Assembly (NCBI RefSeq): GCF_018350175.1
Contig: NC_058369.1
Coordinates: forward strand, 8,868,001-8,928,000
Source of the DNA: Felis catus
Lineage: Eukaryota
Length of the DNA: 60,000 bases
Direction: 5' to 3'
This document shows, piece by piece, positions 1 through 12,030 of this stretch (within the stretch, counting starts at the first letter, position 1; each line of letters starts with the position of its first letter). Position numbers and translations under genes: made by a program. Under the pieces are notes generated by a model, which was not told where the DNA came from, made no database searches, and saw nothing but the letters and a program-made list of their open reading frames with translations.

Positions 1-99
1 TGGCTGGCTTCGTCGGTGGAGTATGCAACTCTTGATCTCAGGGTAGTGAGTTTGAGCCTCATGTTGGGTGTAGAGATTACTTAAAAAAGAAAAAAAAGC

Positions 100-1775
100 A
101 AGATTTAAGAAAGAAGAAAATACCTTGGACTTCATTACAATGAAAAGCTACTTAGTGAAACAAGTTAACAGAATGAAAACACAAGCAATAATCTGGCAGA
201 AAATCTTTGGAAGTCACTTATTTGATAAGGGACTGGCATCAAACACTAACATTAAAAACACTTAGAGCTGGGGCCCCTGGGCGGCTCAGTCGGTTGAGCA
301 TCCAACTTCGGCTCAGGTCATGATCTCACGTTCTGTGAGTTCGAACCCCGCGTCGGGCTCTGTGCTGACGGCTCAGAGCCTGGAGCCTGCTTCGGATTCT
401 GTCTCCCTCTCTCTCTGACCCTCCCCCGTTCATGTTCTGTCTCTCTCTGTCTCAAAAATAAATAAACATTAAAAAAACAAAAACAAAAAAAAACAGAACA
501 CCAAACAACTGGGAAAAATGGAAAGCAACAGGTGACCTCATTCATTGCTGGTGGAAACAGAAAATGATATACCTACTTTGGAAGAAAGGCAATTTCTTAA
601 CACTAAGGCCACATTTACCAGACTATGTAGCAATTATACATTTCAAATATACATAAAGGAGCTGAAAACTTAGGTTCATAAAAACCCTACATGTAAATGT
701 TTATAGGAGCTTTATGCATACTTGTCATGACTTACATGGAACCAAGATAATTTCAATAGGTGAACTGATAGAAAATATCACTGGTGCATCCACAGGATGA
801 AATATTCTTCAGTGATGAAAGAAATGAGCTCATCAAGCCAAAAGACATGAGGAAAATTTTAAATCATATTTCTGTTTTTTTTAAGTTTATTCAGTTTTGA
901 GAGAGAGACAGAGACAGAGCGTGAGCAGGGGAGGGGCAAAGAGGGAGACACAGACTCTGAAGCAGGCTCCAGGCTCTGTTCTGTTAGCACAGAGCCCGAC
1001 GTGAGGCTCAAACCCACGAACTGTGAGATCATGACCTGGGCTGAAGCTGGACGCTTAACCAACTGAGCCACCCAGACGCCCCTTAAGTCATATTTCTAAG
1101 TGCAGGAAAACCATATGACAAGGCTACACACTGAATGATTCCAAGGGAATGACATTTCAGAAAAGAGAAAATTAAAAGTCATTAAAAGATCTCTGGTTAC
1201 CAGGATATGGGGGGGAGGGAGGGAGGAATGATGAGGTAGGGAATAGGAGATTTAAAAAAAATTGTTTTTTTCAACGTTTATTTATTTTTGGGACAGAGAG
1301 AGACAGAGCATGAACGGGGGAGGGGCAGAGAGAGAGGGAGACACAGAATCGGAAACAGGCTCCAGGCTCCGAGCCATCAGCCCAGAGCCCGACGCGGGGC
1401 TCGAACTCCCGGACCGCGAGATCGTGACCTGGCTGAAGTCGGACGCTCCACCGACTGCGCCACCCAGGCGCCCCGGGAATAGGAGGTTTTCAGAAGAGTG
1501 AAAGTGTTCTATATGATACAGAAGTGATGGAGACACATCATTTCACATTAGCTAAAGACCTGAGACTATATGACACAGCGTCAACCTTAATTGTAAAATG
1601 AGGACTTTCATGCATCAAAGTTGGTTCAACAAATGGAACAAGGATATTACAACAATACAAGATATAAAATATAGGAAAAACCTTGTCAAGGCAGAGGGAT
1701 TATGTGGGAAGCCTCTGTATTTCCTGATTAAATTTTCTGTTAAAATTCTCTTAAAGTTAAAAAAGTCTACTAGGA
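100..1775 (+). mobile_element. Old LINE-1 3' fragment (ORF2 end/3' UTR), interrupted by SINEs
   Basis: NRMKTQAIIWQKIF-like ORF2 C-terminal remnant. Its junction with the ERV matches the junction at ~49620 in module C. Confidence 0.65.
1254..1474 (-). mobile_element. Young felid SINE
   Basis: Diagnostic young-subfamily text (GGCGCAGTCGG, CAGCCAGGTCACG, CTGGGCTGATGG); TSD GGGAATAGGAG(A/G)TTT. Confidence 0.9.
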
Positions 1776-1784
1776 AAAGAAAAA

Positions 1785-4700
1785 GGCAGACACATTCATA
1801 TTCACACCTGATAACTGATCCATGAGAAGCATAGACCATCTTTCATTCAATGAATTTCAACTTATTTCAGCAAGCCATTACAGTGCTCTATGAAGCCTGC
1901 ACCGAGACTTGGAAGGGAGGACAAACAACTTCCACTGAATGCCTTGTTAGAGCACCCAGCACAGTATACTTTGAGAAATGAAATGACTGTCTTTGTTACT
2001 GTCAGTAACATCTTGACTCAGACCTAGATAAGGCAAGGTCCTGTATTCCTTGTCCTGGCAAGGTCTTGTATTCTGGCCTTAGTATATGCAGGGACAAATG
2101 TTACTTTGATTTACACTGGAGATGGGGGAGGCATAAGATTCCTAGAATCTTTTCACCTCAAAGGGGCAACTCAGAGAATCACTCAAGACTAGTCAACAGA
2201 TGAAGATAATGTCTTGCTGCCTGGTGCTAAAATGACTACTGGGTGTGTGGTCAGTAGTAATGACCACTGGGCCCAGTTATTAGTGAGACATCCCAATTAA
2301 GACATAAAAAGCAACAACTCTGGGGCGCCTGGGTGGCTCAGTTGGTTGAGTGTCCATCTTCGGCCCAGGTCATGATCTCACGGTTCGTGAGTTCAAGCCC
2401 CGTGTTGGACTCTGTGCTGACAGTGCGGAGCCTACTTGGGATTCTCTCTCTCTCTCGCTCTCTCTCTAAATTAATTAATTAATTAAAAAAAAAAAAAGGA
2501 GCAATTCTGCCTATGCTCCACCATGTACAAATGTGGTGATGTCATACCTAAAGTCTACGGACTACCATTGCTTTTCACTCAGGTACTCCTATGGAGCATC
2601 TGGGGGAGGTCAGGGGCCTGGGAAAGGGAGGGGTTTATTTCAGTACTAAGACATCTTGCAAGAGATGGAGCAGAGAATAGGTCACCCCCTCCCACAGGCG
2701 GCTATCTCATAGGTCCAAGGTTTGCCCCATAATGTCTCAAGCTGGTAACAGAGCAGGCCTTTTCCAAGGCCATCATGGGTAATTCCAGGAGGCGTGAAAG
2801 GAGGCCAGTGAATCATCTACAGTGAAGAAGTCTCTGTGGGCACGACCAGGAGTGCCAGTTCAATGGCAATTTGAAAACCTCCAGCCTTTGGAGGTACAGG
2901 TGCCCATTTGTAAACAACAGCATAAACGGGTTCAAGTAAAATTTGTAAACAAGGAATATGTTACTTCCGGAACAACAAAAGAACATCGTTGAGGTTGGGG
3001 GTATTGCTAGGGAGAACAGCTATTTCCTCATGATGTTAGAGAAGGAGCAGGTGTCAGATGATCAAACAATTTCCGGTACAATAACATGGTTGACCAGGCC
3101 TCACATTTTATGCATGACAATGTCCCATCCAAATTTTGCTAGCTCCTTTTCTCAATATTTGTCTGTCTAGTATGTTCTCAGAGGAGGAGGAGGAGGAGTT
3201 CATTAATATAACGTGACACCTGTGTTCTTGTAGAAACAAGGATGCAGTTCAGATCTTGCCTGCAATTGTGTGGGAAGGCAAAGCTGTTGAAGATCCATGA
3301 GGATAACCCAGTAAAGGTATATTATGTCCCTTCAAAGTGAAGGCAACTGCTCTTGAGATAAACACTGAACAGAACAGACCCAGCCAAATCTGTGACAGCA
3401 GATTTACCCAGTTGTTGATTGGTTGAGTCAGTAATTTCCATACAGTTGGAGACTGGATATAGACCTCTGTTGGGCGTGACCACATTTACGAGGTTACAGT
3501 AATCCACTGTGAGGTGTCATTCATTCATTCCAGATAAGAATAGGTCAAATTCAGCTGTTCAAAGGAGAAGCACTGGGAATAATCAGCCCCTCGCTAAACA
3601 GGTTTTATATGTGGTTTCATTCCTTCAAAGGCCTGAGCAATTTATGTTGAGCCATATTAACTACTCAATTTAGAGGGCACAGTCCGTGAGGTCCCATTTT
3701 GTCAAGATAATTTATAAGTGCCAAAGGCTTCATTTAATTTTAATTTATGAATCATTGGTTCGGAGCTTCCTAGATCACTCTGGGTTCTTTTAGAACAACC
3801 AGGGCTATGTCCATGGAGGATTTCGACAAGACCATAGTTCTGACAGTCAAGAAGAAACAGCTGTGCTGTTTTTCCCCTATATCCTATTCAGTGACTGCCA
3901 TGAGACCATCAGGGGTATCCTGCTTAAACGGGAGTGGGATCCCAGGTATAGCTATAATTTGAGACCTAGTATGGACTGACTGCTTAAAGGTTCTTGAGTT
4001 AGTGCATTACATTAGATAGCAAAATTGATCCAGAACTTATGTTATAGAGGCTGAAAAGCCAAGCAGTGAATTCTTACCTGTTCTGTTGTATAAGTTCTTT
4101 TTGTACATTTTAGATTTCCAATTCAGTCAAATTGTGGTCCTTTGTTTCCGTACTTTATCTATTAGTCCCTTCCTCGAGCATCCCTCTTTTGTTTTCTTTG
4201 TCCCTGGATATACTTTGGCAGAGGGGGTGCCTTTCTACCCTGGTGTTTATAAACGGTTTCCTCCTGAGAGTCTCAAATCAGTGCCATCAGGGTTAGGAGC
4301 CTTCCCCATGATAACTGGTTGCTTTCATGGGTTTAAGGACAAGGAGCTTAAGTCAGCTTTGAACCAATTCCATTGCTGTGTCAAAGGGTGCCATGGATGC
4401 TGTCCTCTCAATCCCGCAGAGTCAGGATATTTCTTGCAGAAGAGGCAGGGGCAGGAGCAGCAGAGGTACTCAAAGGTCCCATTCAACCATCTGGTATTCG
4501 GAGGTGGACTCAGCCCACCACTTACTGGCTGCCTTTCACCCTTTCTTCTTTCTCTTTCCAAATGTCTGCTCTCCCAGGAGTAAATGCTGAATGAGGCCAC
4601 CTCTTTCCACAGGGTATACAGGGGCCAACCCAGCCTCTGTCACAACTTCACTCTAACACAGGGAGAGAAACCAGCAAAGACATTGACCCAGGACCACTTT

Positions 4701-4946
4701 AAGGAGGGCCCCAATCCGACAGTCCTGCTCCCAAAAGCCTAGAAATTCTCACAACTGCCAACTCTGGTTGGCTCAGTCTAGAACTGAGGCTTGCTGGGTC
4801 ACCGACGCAGCACAGGACAGCACAGGTCACAGCACGAGCTCACCAGCCCCCGGCAGTACATGCTACCATCAGGGAGCAACTTACAGCAAGAGAGGACAGA
4901 CCCACAGAATGGTGGTCCCTGTGGACACACTGCTCACGGTGCCAAC
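1785..4946 (-). mobile_element. Degenerate class III (ERVL, HERVL74-like) internal region with gag/pro/pol remnants, module A
   Basis: Minus-strand translation gives RT-like IIPSASPLNS*I*PIL..LTVDYCNL (~3490-3590), FEGT*YTFT and a decayed YxDD (VSRYINELL, ~3195-3220). Integrase-like segment at 1850-2010. Many stops and frameshifts. Confidence 0.75.
4927..4944 (-). other. Primer-binding-site remnant (tRNA-Ser-like)
   Basis: Minus strand TGGCACCGTGAGCAG, 2 nt after the LTR end; 13/15 match to TGGCGCTGTGAGCAG (complement of a tRNA-Ser 3' end as recalled). Degenerate copies at ~26406-26423 and ~46262-46277. Confidence 0.5.
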
Positions 4947-5370
4947 TGTTATGGTACTTGCCGAGAAGTGGTTCAGAAATTGAGGCGAATGGCGATGCAG
5001 CCCCAACAACACTGTACACAGACACCCAGACAGTCGGAAAAGGCTTAGGACTCACATTAACAGAGGTCTCAGGGCAAGGCTGCCTGTTAAGGCAGCTCTG
5101 AAATGGCTTCAGGAGAACAGAAATGAGCCTGGCCGGGTAAGGAGTCCATTGGGGTTGGGGAGCGGGCGGGGGCAAGAGTTCTGAACACAGGCGGGGGCTT
5201 TTCTGGTTGGAATCTCCTACCTGTTCTAGAGGAGAGACCACCCAGGCTTTCTCATCAGCTCATCCAGCGGGGAGCACAAGGAGCAAGGGAGGTGGGAGTG
5301 GAGAGGGCAGGGAGAGGCTTAAGCTGTCAGCACTAAAATATCCAAAAATGCAAAGTCTGACTGCTCATTA
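4947..5370 (-). mobile_element. 5' LTR (MER74-like) of the module A provirus remnant
   Basis: Homologous to 45885-46260 and 38825-39210. Ends ...CCATAACA on minus, immediately followed by a PBS-like sequence. The 5' boundary is approximate. Confidence 0.6.
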
Positions 5371-5529
5371 CAAGGACAAACATAGGTTAAGAAAAATATG
5401 CATTCGCAATTGTTTGTTGAATATAAAGAAACCCTAACACGAGGCTCAAGAAATGATTAAAACTGTGTATTTGGGGGTGGCTGGGCTTCACAGTGTTGGA
5501 AGGAACTAGGATTTGTTCACAGTGATTTT

Positions 5530-5740
5530 TTTTTTTTCAACGTTTATTTATTTTTGGGACAGAGAGAGACAGAGCATGAACGGGGGAGGGGCAGAGAGAG
5601 AGGGAGACACAGAATCGGAAACAGGCTCCAGGCTCTGAGCCATCAGCCCAGAGCCTGACGCGGGGCTCAAACTCACGGACCGCGAGATCGTGACCTGGCT
5701 GAAGTTGGACGCTTAACCGACTGCGCCACCCAGGCGGCCC
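5530..5740 (-). mobile_element. Young felid SINE
   Basis: Perfect TSD TCACAGTGATTTT (5517-5529 and 5741-5753). Confidence 0.9.
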
Positions 5741-8700
5741 TCACAGTGATTTTAAGTCACAATTCCCTATCTTACAAATTTACTTAAAAAATATAGAGAA
5801 ATTTACGTATATTACACTCACAGTCTTGATTTCATTTTAACTTTTATACACAGGAAACCATTTGACAATATAACTAAAGTTTACAAAAGTGTAAACCATA
5901 CAAAATGAAAACTTTCAAACGCCTAACTGGAAGGACACAGAGTATCAGTCTGTCCTTCCCCCCTGTATCACACTCCGGGTATTTTCCAGGAGTAAGTAGC
6001 TTATTACAATATTTTAGGAATTTGAGCTTAGCTCCTTCAATGCACTGGATTTTCAAATATTTACAGAAACTTCGGGTAATTTTCCTCACATCAATTGAAA
6101 TAGAAATTCATTTGCTTTAGCCTGTTAAATGTCAATGTTCTTTCGGGAAAAGTGCATTCACTAACTGATCCAAAAATGAAAGATGACCTTCAGGAGCATC
6201 TGGGTGGCTCAGTCAGTGAAGCGTCCAACTGTAGCTCAGGTCATGATCTCACGGTTCGTGAGTTCCAGCCCCGCGTCAGGCTCTTTGCTGTCAGTGCAGA
6301 GCCCGCTTCAGATCCTCTGCCCCTCCCGTGCGTGCTTTTTCTATCCCTCAAAAATAAACATTAAAAAAATGTTTAAATGACCTTAAGAAAACTTAACTGA
6401 ATGCCTCTCACATGTTGAGGTTCTCTTGCCTAAACAGAGCAGATTCTACTTAGTTCCACAATTTTCTTGCTTTCCTCACATGTTACCTCTCAATCAACTT
6501 AAGAGTTTCTGAGCCCAAGTGCCAAAGGAAACCAGAGCCAAAGGGCTGTGCTGTTCAAGCAGCAAAGGAACCCAAAGGAAAGATCAGAATCAGCTCTTAT
6601 GAGCAGCCTGCTTCCCATAGGATAGAAGAAAAGCCACATTCGGGAGGTTTCACGTTCTAGGGGCCCGTTTGGCTCAGTGGGTACAGCAGGTGTCTCTTGA
6701 GCTTGGGCTCATGAGTTCAAGCCCCACTTACTTAAAAAAAATAAATAAATAAAATAAATTGGGGCGCCTGGGTGGCGCAGTCGGTTGAGCATCCGACTTC
6801 AGCCAGGTCACGATCTCGCGGTCCGGGAGTTCGAGCCCCGGGTCGGGCTCTGGGCTGACGGCTCGGAGCCTGGAGCCTGTTTCCGATTCTGTGTCTCCCT
6901 CTCTCTCTGACCCTCCCCCGTTCATGCTCTGTCTCTCTCTGTCCCAAAAATAAATAAACGTTGAAAAAAAAAAAAGTTTCCATTCTAGACTCCCCTGGTG
7001 GAGACAGAAGTCCTGAGGTGGGTCAGTCTGTGGAAAGGACACCTGAGCAGCCACGGGAATGAACTCTGGAAGCCCCACACACTCGCAGGGGAGGTACTGC
7101 TCCAGGAGGAAAAACTGGGCACCATGAACTTCCTTTTGCAGCCTCAAGGGGGGGCCAACGCTTAGACAGACCACCCTGAAGCCTCTGCTGCCACTGGCAT
7201 TGCTCTGCACCACCAGAGATCAGAGATATTTTATTTTTTATTTTATTTTATTTTATTTTATTTATCTTTATTTCATTTTATTTATCTTTATTTTATTTAT
7301 CTTTTATTTATTCGCACCACCAGAGATATTTTAAATGACATCAACCCAGTGTTGGAACAATCCAGCAAATCACTCAAACCCAGTGTTTATGTGGAAAGGA
7401 GAGGGGAAAAAAAAAAAAACTGTAAGGCCCTTAATAAACTGGCTCAACAAGAAACCTCCCAAGTATGAACCGCATTCACAAAAACTAAAAAAATAATAAG
7501 ACCTTAATTATTTCCATGAGAACAAACTGCTTTACAAGCTATGAATCATAGTTGAACACCACAGGTCTGCAAGTCTAAGCCTTGGAAATTCATCCCAACT
7601 CGTCCAAATCAAAGAACAGACCTCAGAATATTAGTAGCACACTCAAGGGACGGAAAAAGTAAAATAAATAAATAAATAAATAAATAAAAATAATAATAAT
7701 AATACCTGAGGTGTAATCCCAGAAATGTTTTTTTTTTGTTTTGTTTTTTTTCTGAAATTCACTCCTTTCTTGACTCTTTGGAAATACTTCATAACTGCTT
7801 TTCGCGTTGTATGGATTAAATACGTTTTTATTCCCTGAAAAACTTGAGACTAAAATTAATTTTTTTTAACATTTTATTTATTTTTGAGACAGAGAGAGAG
7901 ACAGAGCATGAATGGGGGAGGGTCAGAGAGAGAGGGAGACACAGAATCCGAAACAGGCTCCAGGCTCTGAGCGGTCAGCACAGAGCCCAACGTGGGGCTT
8001 GAACTCATGACCTGAGCCGAAGTCGGAGGCTTAACTGACTGAGCCACCCAGGCGCCCCCAGGCTTATTTTTTCATTTGAGTGGCATCTTTGTTAAAAAAA
8101 ATTTTTTTACATTTATTCATTTTTGAGAGACAGAGAGAGACAGAGCACAAGTGGGGGAGGGGCAGGGAGAGAGGGACACACAGAACCCGAAGCAGGCTCC
8201 AGGCTCTGAGCTGTCAGCACAAGAGCCCGACGTGGGGCTCGAACTCAAGGACCGCGAGATCATGGCCTGAGCCGAAGTCGGACACTTAACCGACTGAGCC
8301 ACCCAGGCGCCCCAAGACTAAAATTAATTGAAGAAATGTTTCAAATGTGACAAACCAAGGGAGGGAGGGGCTGTGCTGTCGGCACATCACCCAGTAAAGT
8401 TTCAAAGAGGAACCGCCACCCAAAGGACTTCCCATAGGATGTCTGTGCCCAGGAAAGATCCTGGGGGGAGAGGCACAAGGATTTCATACCACGTTGTACC
8501 GGGCAGTTACTCGCTACTTTTCTATTCCGTAAAATGTCCAGGAACAAAAAACTACACCCTTTTAAAAGAGCCATCCACTGACAGCGGGAAAATGAAGTAT
8601 CGGGTCTGTTTAAAACTTTATTATTTTTTTTAACATTTTATTTATTTTTGAGACAGAAAGAGACAGAGCGCGAGTGGGGGAGGGGCAGAGAGAGGGGGAG

Positions 8701-8949
8701 ACACAGAATCCGAAACAGGCTCCAGGCTCTGAGCTGTCAGCACAGAGCCCGACGCGGGGCTCGAACCCACGACCGCGAGATCATGACCTGAGCCGAAGTC
8801 GGACGCTCAACCGACTGAGCCACCCAGGCGCCCCTCGGGTCTGTTTAAAAGGCACCATAGAGAACGAATAGTTCATAATGACTCTGTGAACTGGAAGAGG
8901 GAGGCGGGCCAGGAGGGATTTGGAAGTTAATTTAGGCAACGAATGCCAG

Positions 8950-9800
8950 TCCTAGGGAGGGCTGGGCGCGGCGGGTGGGGGGTGGGGCGACGGTGCCGCG
9001 ACAGGCTCGTGGATTTCACGGTTTCCCCAAATTTTGGAAAACTCAGGAGAAAGCCCGTCCCCTCTGAAGAGAAAGGAGAGAATGGAGACCCCAAAGGCCA
9101 TACTTAGCATCTCCCGTGCACGGACACCAGAGAGCCGGTCACGATAGCCCCCTGTCACCACGGTCACCGCACCATCTGGAGAGACGCGGAGCTGCGGGCG
9201 CGGAGCTGTCCGGAGGCTCGAAGGCCGAAGCTGCCTCGCACAGGGACCGCACAGGTCGTCGGGGTGCCGGCGGCCGGCCCAGCCCCCTGGCCACGCGCGG
9301 ACGGGACTGAGGTCCGAGCGGCGCCACCAACGGGTGCGCACGGTTCACAGTCGTCCGCGAGGAGGCCAGTTCACGCCACGGCCAGCTCCGGCCAGTTCCA
9401 CCCAGCACTCCGCCCCCCTCTCCGGAAGCCCGGGCCTGCCCACTCACCATTTCTAGCTTTCCTGTGTCTCCCGGCGTCCTACCTACGATTTCCGAGGAAG
9501 GTCCAGGGCTCAGCAAGACAGAACCCGAGGCACAGCGACGTGGAGGACTTCAGCGCCAGCGACCCGCGATCCAAACAATGGCGGGAGCCAGAAGCCTCCC
9601 GCGGCGCGCCTGCGGAGCGTCGCCCCACCCCCTTGCCCTGACGTCTCCCCTGATTGGACAGGTTGCAAGGCCCACCCACTCCCTCCGGAGTGACTGCAGG
9701 CCCGAGGTAAGGGGTCCGTGGAACGCCAGCTGCTGGGAGCCGCTCCTGGAACTGTGACCCTTCTTTGCAAGTACAGACCCTTAAAAGTCACCTGGCTCCA
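8950..9800 (-). promoter_or_regulatory. CpG-island promoter of module A
   Basis: GC- and CpG-dense. CCAAT on minus (ATTGG 9653-9657) and a degenerate TGAGTGACAG-type motif GGAGTGACTG (9687-9696). Homologous to promoters B and C. Confidence 0.75.
9448..9450 (-). CDS. Start codon at the end of an ATG-only first exon (module A), phase-0 donor follows
   Basis: Plus strand CACTCACCAT (9441-9450) reads ATG|GTGAGTG on minus, a consensus 5' splice site directly after the ATG. Same architecture at 20394 and 41014. Confidence 0.7.
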
Positions 9801-10619
9801 TTTTGATCGTTGACTATTGACAGCGTTGGGGCTTCCACCCGATGCTTCCCCATCCTTATTTCATAGTTTAAAAAGCCTATTGCCTTCCAAGCCTATTGGC
9901 TGGGATGGAAAATTGGAGCCCCAGTCTCAGCTGGGGGCAGGGACTCTTCGGAAGACCAACCACAGTTGTAAGAGGCATTGACTAAATTCTCAGGTGTACG
10001 TTTTACACTGAAAGAAAATTTATTTTTAGGTCATCGTTTGAATGTATACTTAGAGAACTTTGATATATAAAAGGCTAGAATACCCCTATAAGGTAATTCG
10101 ATTCCTGTTTTAACTGATCTAACAAGAAACAAGAAAAAGTTATGTAAACATGGGACATTCTTGGAAAGTATTAATATGCTTAAGAGATTGGATTGCAAAA
10201 CTTTTTTTTATTTAAAAAGTGCTTATTTTAATTTTTTTAATGTTTATTTAGTTTTGAGAGAGAGAGAGAGAGAGAGTGAGCAGGGAGGGGCGGAGAGAGA
10301 TGGAGACACAGAATTGGAAGCAGGCTTCAGGCTCTGAGCTGTCAGCACAGAGCCAGACGTGGGGCTCGTACTCACTAACTGCCAGACCATGACCTGAGCT
10401 GAAGTGGGAAGCTTCACCGACTGAGCCACCCAGGCGCCCCTAGAAAGCAAAACTCTTAATGCATGTATCCACTTATTTGAACAACCTTAGGGTGGGCATT
10501 TCTTTTTTTTAAATCATTTTATTTTTACATACACCGAATATTTAAAATGTGCATGTTTGTCATTGTCCAGACAAAAAATTGGATGTGAGAATGAAAAAAA
10601 TAAAAAAATAAAAAAAATC

Positions 10620-12030
10620 ATTTTATCCCTATCCCTTATTGACCCCATTCCTCCACCCACCTCACCTCTGATAATTATCAATTAATTCTTTATACTTAAG
10701 AGTCTGTTTCTTGGTTTGCTTCTCTCTCTCTCTCTCTCTTTCCCCTCTGCTTGTTTTGTCTGTTAAATTCCACATATGAATGAAATCATATGGTATCCGT
10801 CTTTCTCTGACTGACTTATTTCACTTAGCATTATACTTTCGAGCTCCACCCATGTTGTTGCAAATGGCAATGTTTCATTCTTTTTTAATGGCTGAGTAAT
10901 ACTCCATTATAGATATAGATAGATTTCACTTTTTGTTTACCCATGCATCTATCAATGGCTGCTTGGGCTAGTTCCATAGTTTTGCTATTTGAATAATGCT
11001 GCATAAAGGTAGGGGTGCTTTTACTCATTTGAATTAGTGTTTTTGTATTTTGGGGGGGGGGTGAATACCCAATAGTGTGATTCCTGGGTCATAGGGTAGT
11101 TCTATTTTTAATTTTTTGAGGAACCTCCATACTGCTTTCCCCAGTCGCTGCACCAGTTTGCATTCCTACCAACCGCTCAAGAGGGTTCCTTTTTCTCCAA
11201 ATTCTTCCCAACACTTGCTGTTTCTTGCATTTTTGATTTTAGCCATTCTTTTTTTTTTTAACATTTATTTATTTTTGAGACAGAGAGAGACAAGGCATGA
11301 ACGGGGGAGGGGCAGAGAGAGAGGGAGACACAGAATCGGAAGCAGGCTCCAGGCTCTGAGCCATCAGCCCAAAGCCTGACGCGGGCTTGAACTCACGGAC
11401 CGCGAGATCGTGACCTGAGCTGAAGTCGGAGGCTCAACCGACTGAGCCACCCAGGCGCCCCTGATTTTAGCCATTCTGACAGGTGTGAGGTGATATCTCA
11501 TTGTAGTTTTGATTTGCATTTCCCTGATGATGAATGATGTTGAGCATCTTTTCATGTGTCTGTTGGCCACCTGAATGTCTTCTTAGGAGAAATGCCTGTT
11601 CATGTCTTTTGCTCATTTTTAATTGCATTATTTTGGGGGTATTGAGCTGTGTCAGTTCTTTATGTATTTTGCATACTAAAACTTTACCAGATATGTCGTC
11701 TACAAATCCCTTCTACTCAGTAGGCTGCCTTTTAATTCTGTTGTTTCTTTTGCTGTGCAGAAATTTTATTTTGTTGTAGTCCCAATAGCTTATTTTTGCT
11801 TTTATTTCCCTTGCCTCAGGAGACAAAACTAGAAATATGTTGCTATGGCTGATGTCAGAGAGATTACTGCTTATGCTCTCTTCAAGGATGTTTTCGGTTT
11901 CAGGTCTCACATTTAGGTCTTTAATACATTTTGAGCTTGTTTTTGTGTTTGGTGAAAGGAAGTGGTCCAGTTTCATTCTTTTGCATGTGCTGTCCGGTTT
12001 TCCCAACACTTTCCCAACATTTGTTGAAGA
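10620..12030 (-). mobile_element. Carnivore LINE-1 3' fragment
   Basis: ORF2 C-terminal peptides KRMKLDHFLSPNTK..KCIKDLNVRPET and [33 protein letters not shown] on minus, plus 3' UTR. Confidence 0.85.

Larger units (their letters stand above)
1..9600 (-). other. 5' part (exon 1 + intron 1) of a putative KRAB zinc-finger gene, module A; continues off the left edge
   Basis: CpG island with a minus-strand exon ending GGAAAGCTAGAA-ATG|GTGAGTGGGCAGGCCCGG. The intron is collinear with module C (ERV remnant, shared L1 junction). TSS is approximate and no KRAB exon lies in the window. Confidence 0.65.

Noticed and set aside
1..100. tRNA-like sequences (also ~6660, ~24606, ~45098 and all SINE heads)
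   Set aside because: tRNA-derived SINE heads with A-rich tails; no complete cloverleaf or acceptor stem, so not tRNA genes.
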